From the human T2T-CHM13v2.0 reference genome, Homo sapiens: a DNA stretch of 64,000 nt. Location of the stretch: the NCBI RefSeq assembly GCF_009914755.1, contig NC_060939.1; one strand, 5' to 3'. Below, in pieces: positions 63,200 to 64,000 of the stretch. Position 1 is the first letter of the stretch; each line of letters starts with the position of its first letter. A program made the position numbers and the translations under genes. The notes under the pieces are model-generated. The model was not told the DNA's origin. It worked only from the letters and a program-made list of their open reading frames with translations, and did not search any database.

Positions 63200-63410
63200 T
63201 CATTCTCTTTAAATTAGCCCATTGGAAGTAGTTTAGCCTGTGCGATCTAACCCTAGCCAATGGGGGACCGACACAGCACCAGGGGCCACGTGCGTCAGGG
63301 ATAAGAACCCCTTCCCCTCCTTTGTCCAAATGTGCACTCGCCATTGTTCCATCTGTAAGGGCGCACCCTTCTATATAGAAGTAACTTGCCTTGCTGAGAA
63401 TTAAAAGGAA
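63200..63410 (+). promoter_or_regulatory. LTR U3/R promoter and polyA elements, antisense to ATP10A
   Basis: AGCCAATG near 63255, CACGTG near 63287, GATAAGA near 63300, ATTAAA at 63400. Confidence 0.45.
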
Positions 63411-63734
63411 CATTTTATATTCGAGTGCTATTTCTTTTGTGGCACCAAAACTTTATATATAACAATATATATAACAAAATGATAAAGGGAAAAGGCAAGT
63501 AAATTTTTATCCTCAGGTAGAAGGCATAGGACAAAATGGAAGGTTTAAGCAAGATGTAGGTTTGTGCAAGATTAATCTCATGAAAATAATTTTATGTGTG
63601 ATCAGATTGACTAAAATTAGAAAATTTAAGTTTTTAAAAAACTGAGCATTAGTATGAAAAGTACACTGATGGGAGGGAGGAGTTTGAGCCTCTGTGTTAG
63701 AACAAGGTTTTCTTGGAGCATTGCTCTGCCCTTA

Positions 63735-64000
<266 letters not shown>

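Larger units (their letters stand above)
59462..63476 (+). mobile_element. Solo LTR, LTR10F-type (HERV-I/HERVIP10F family), with a greatly expanded internal VNTR
   Basis: Starts TGTTAGATATGAGTTCTAAATTTC and ends TATATAACA; 4-bp TSD AAAT at 59458-59461 and 63477-63480; CCAAT box, ATTAAA signal; matches the LTR10F consensus as I recall it. Confidence 0.85.

Overview
Human (primate) genomic DNA from the middle of ATP10A, a P4-type ATPase phospholipid flippase at 15q12 beside the Prader-Willi/Angelman cluster, transcribed on the minus strand. Eleven consecutive coding exons were located with splice sites and continuous reading phase; I number them 3-13 from memory of the gene model. They encode part of the A domain, TM3-TM4 with the PISL motif, the DKTGTLT phosphorylation site, the N domain and the P-domain TGDK motif. 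The introns hold Alu, old L1, MaLR LTR and DNA-transposon fossils, a truncated 5S rRNA pseudogene and a degraded ERV1 gag remnant. The most striking element is a solo LTR10F-type LTR (59462-63476) in intron 2 whose internal 28-bp VNTR has expanded to about 131 units (~3.6 kb). In these units the family AP-1 site TGACTCA reads TAACTCA, which creates a telomeric/hnRNP A1-type UUAGGGU in the ATP10A pre-mRNA, and every unit carries a CACCTG E-box. Also notable are a GC-AG intron whose exon contains a consensus internal GT donor, a recursive-splice-like start of exon 10, a 43-bp-arm palindrome in intron 6 and head-to-head inverted Alus in intron 4. Almost all ORFs in the supplied track are non-coding noise. 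Repeat subfamily names come from recalled consensus sequences and need RepeatMasker/Dfam confirmation.
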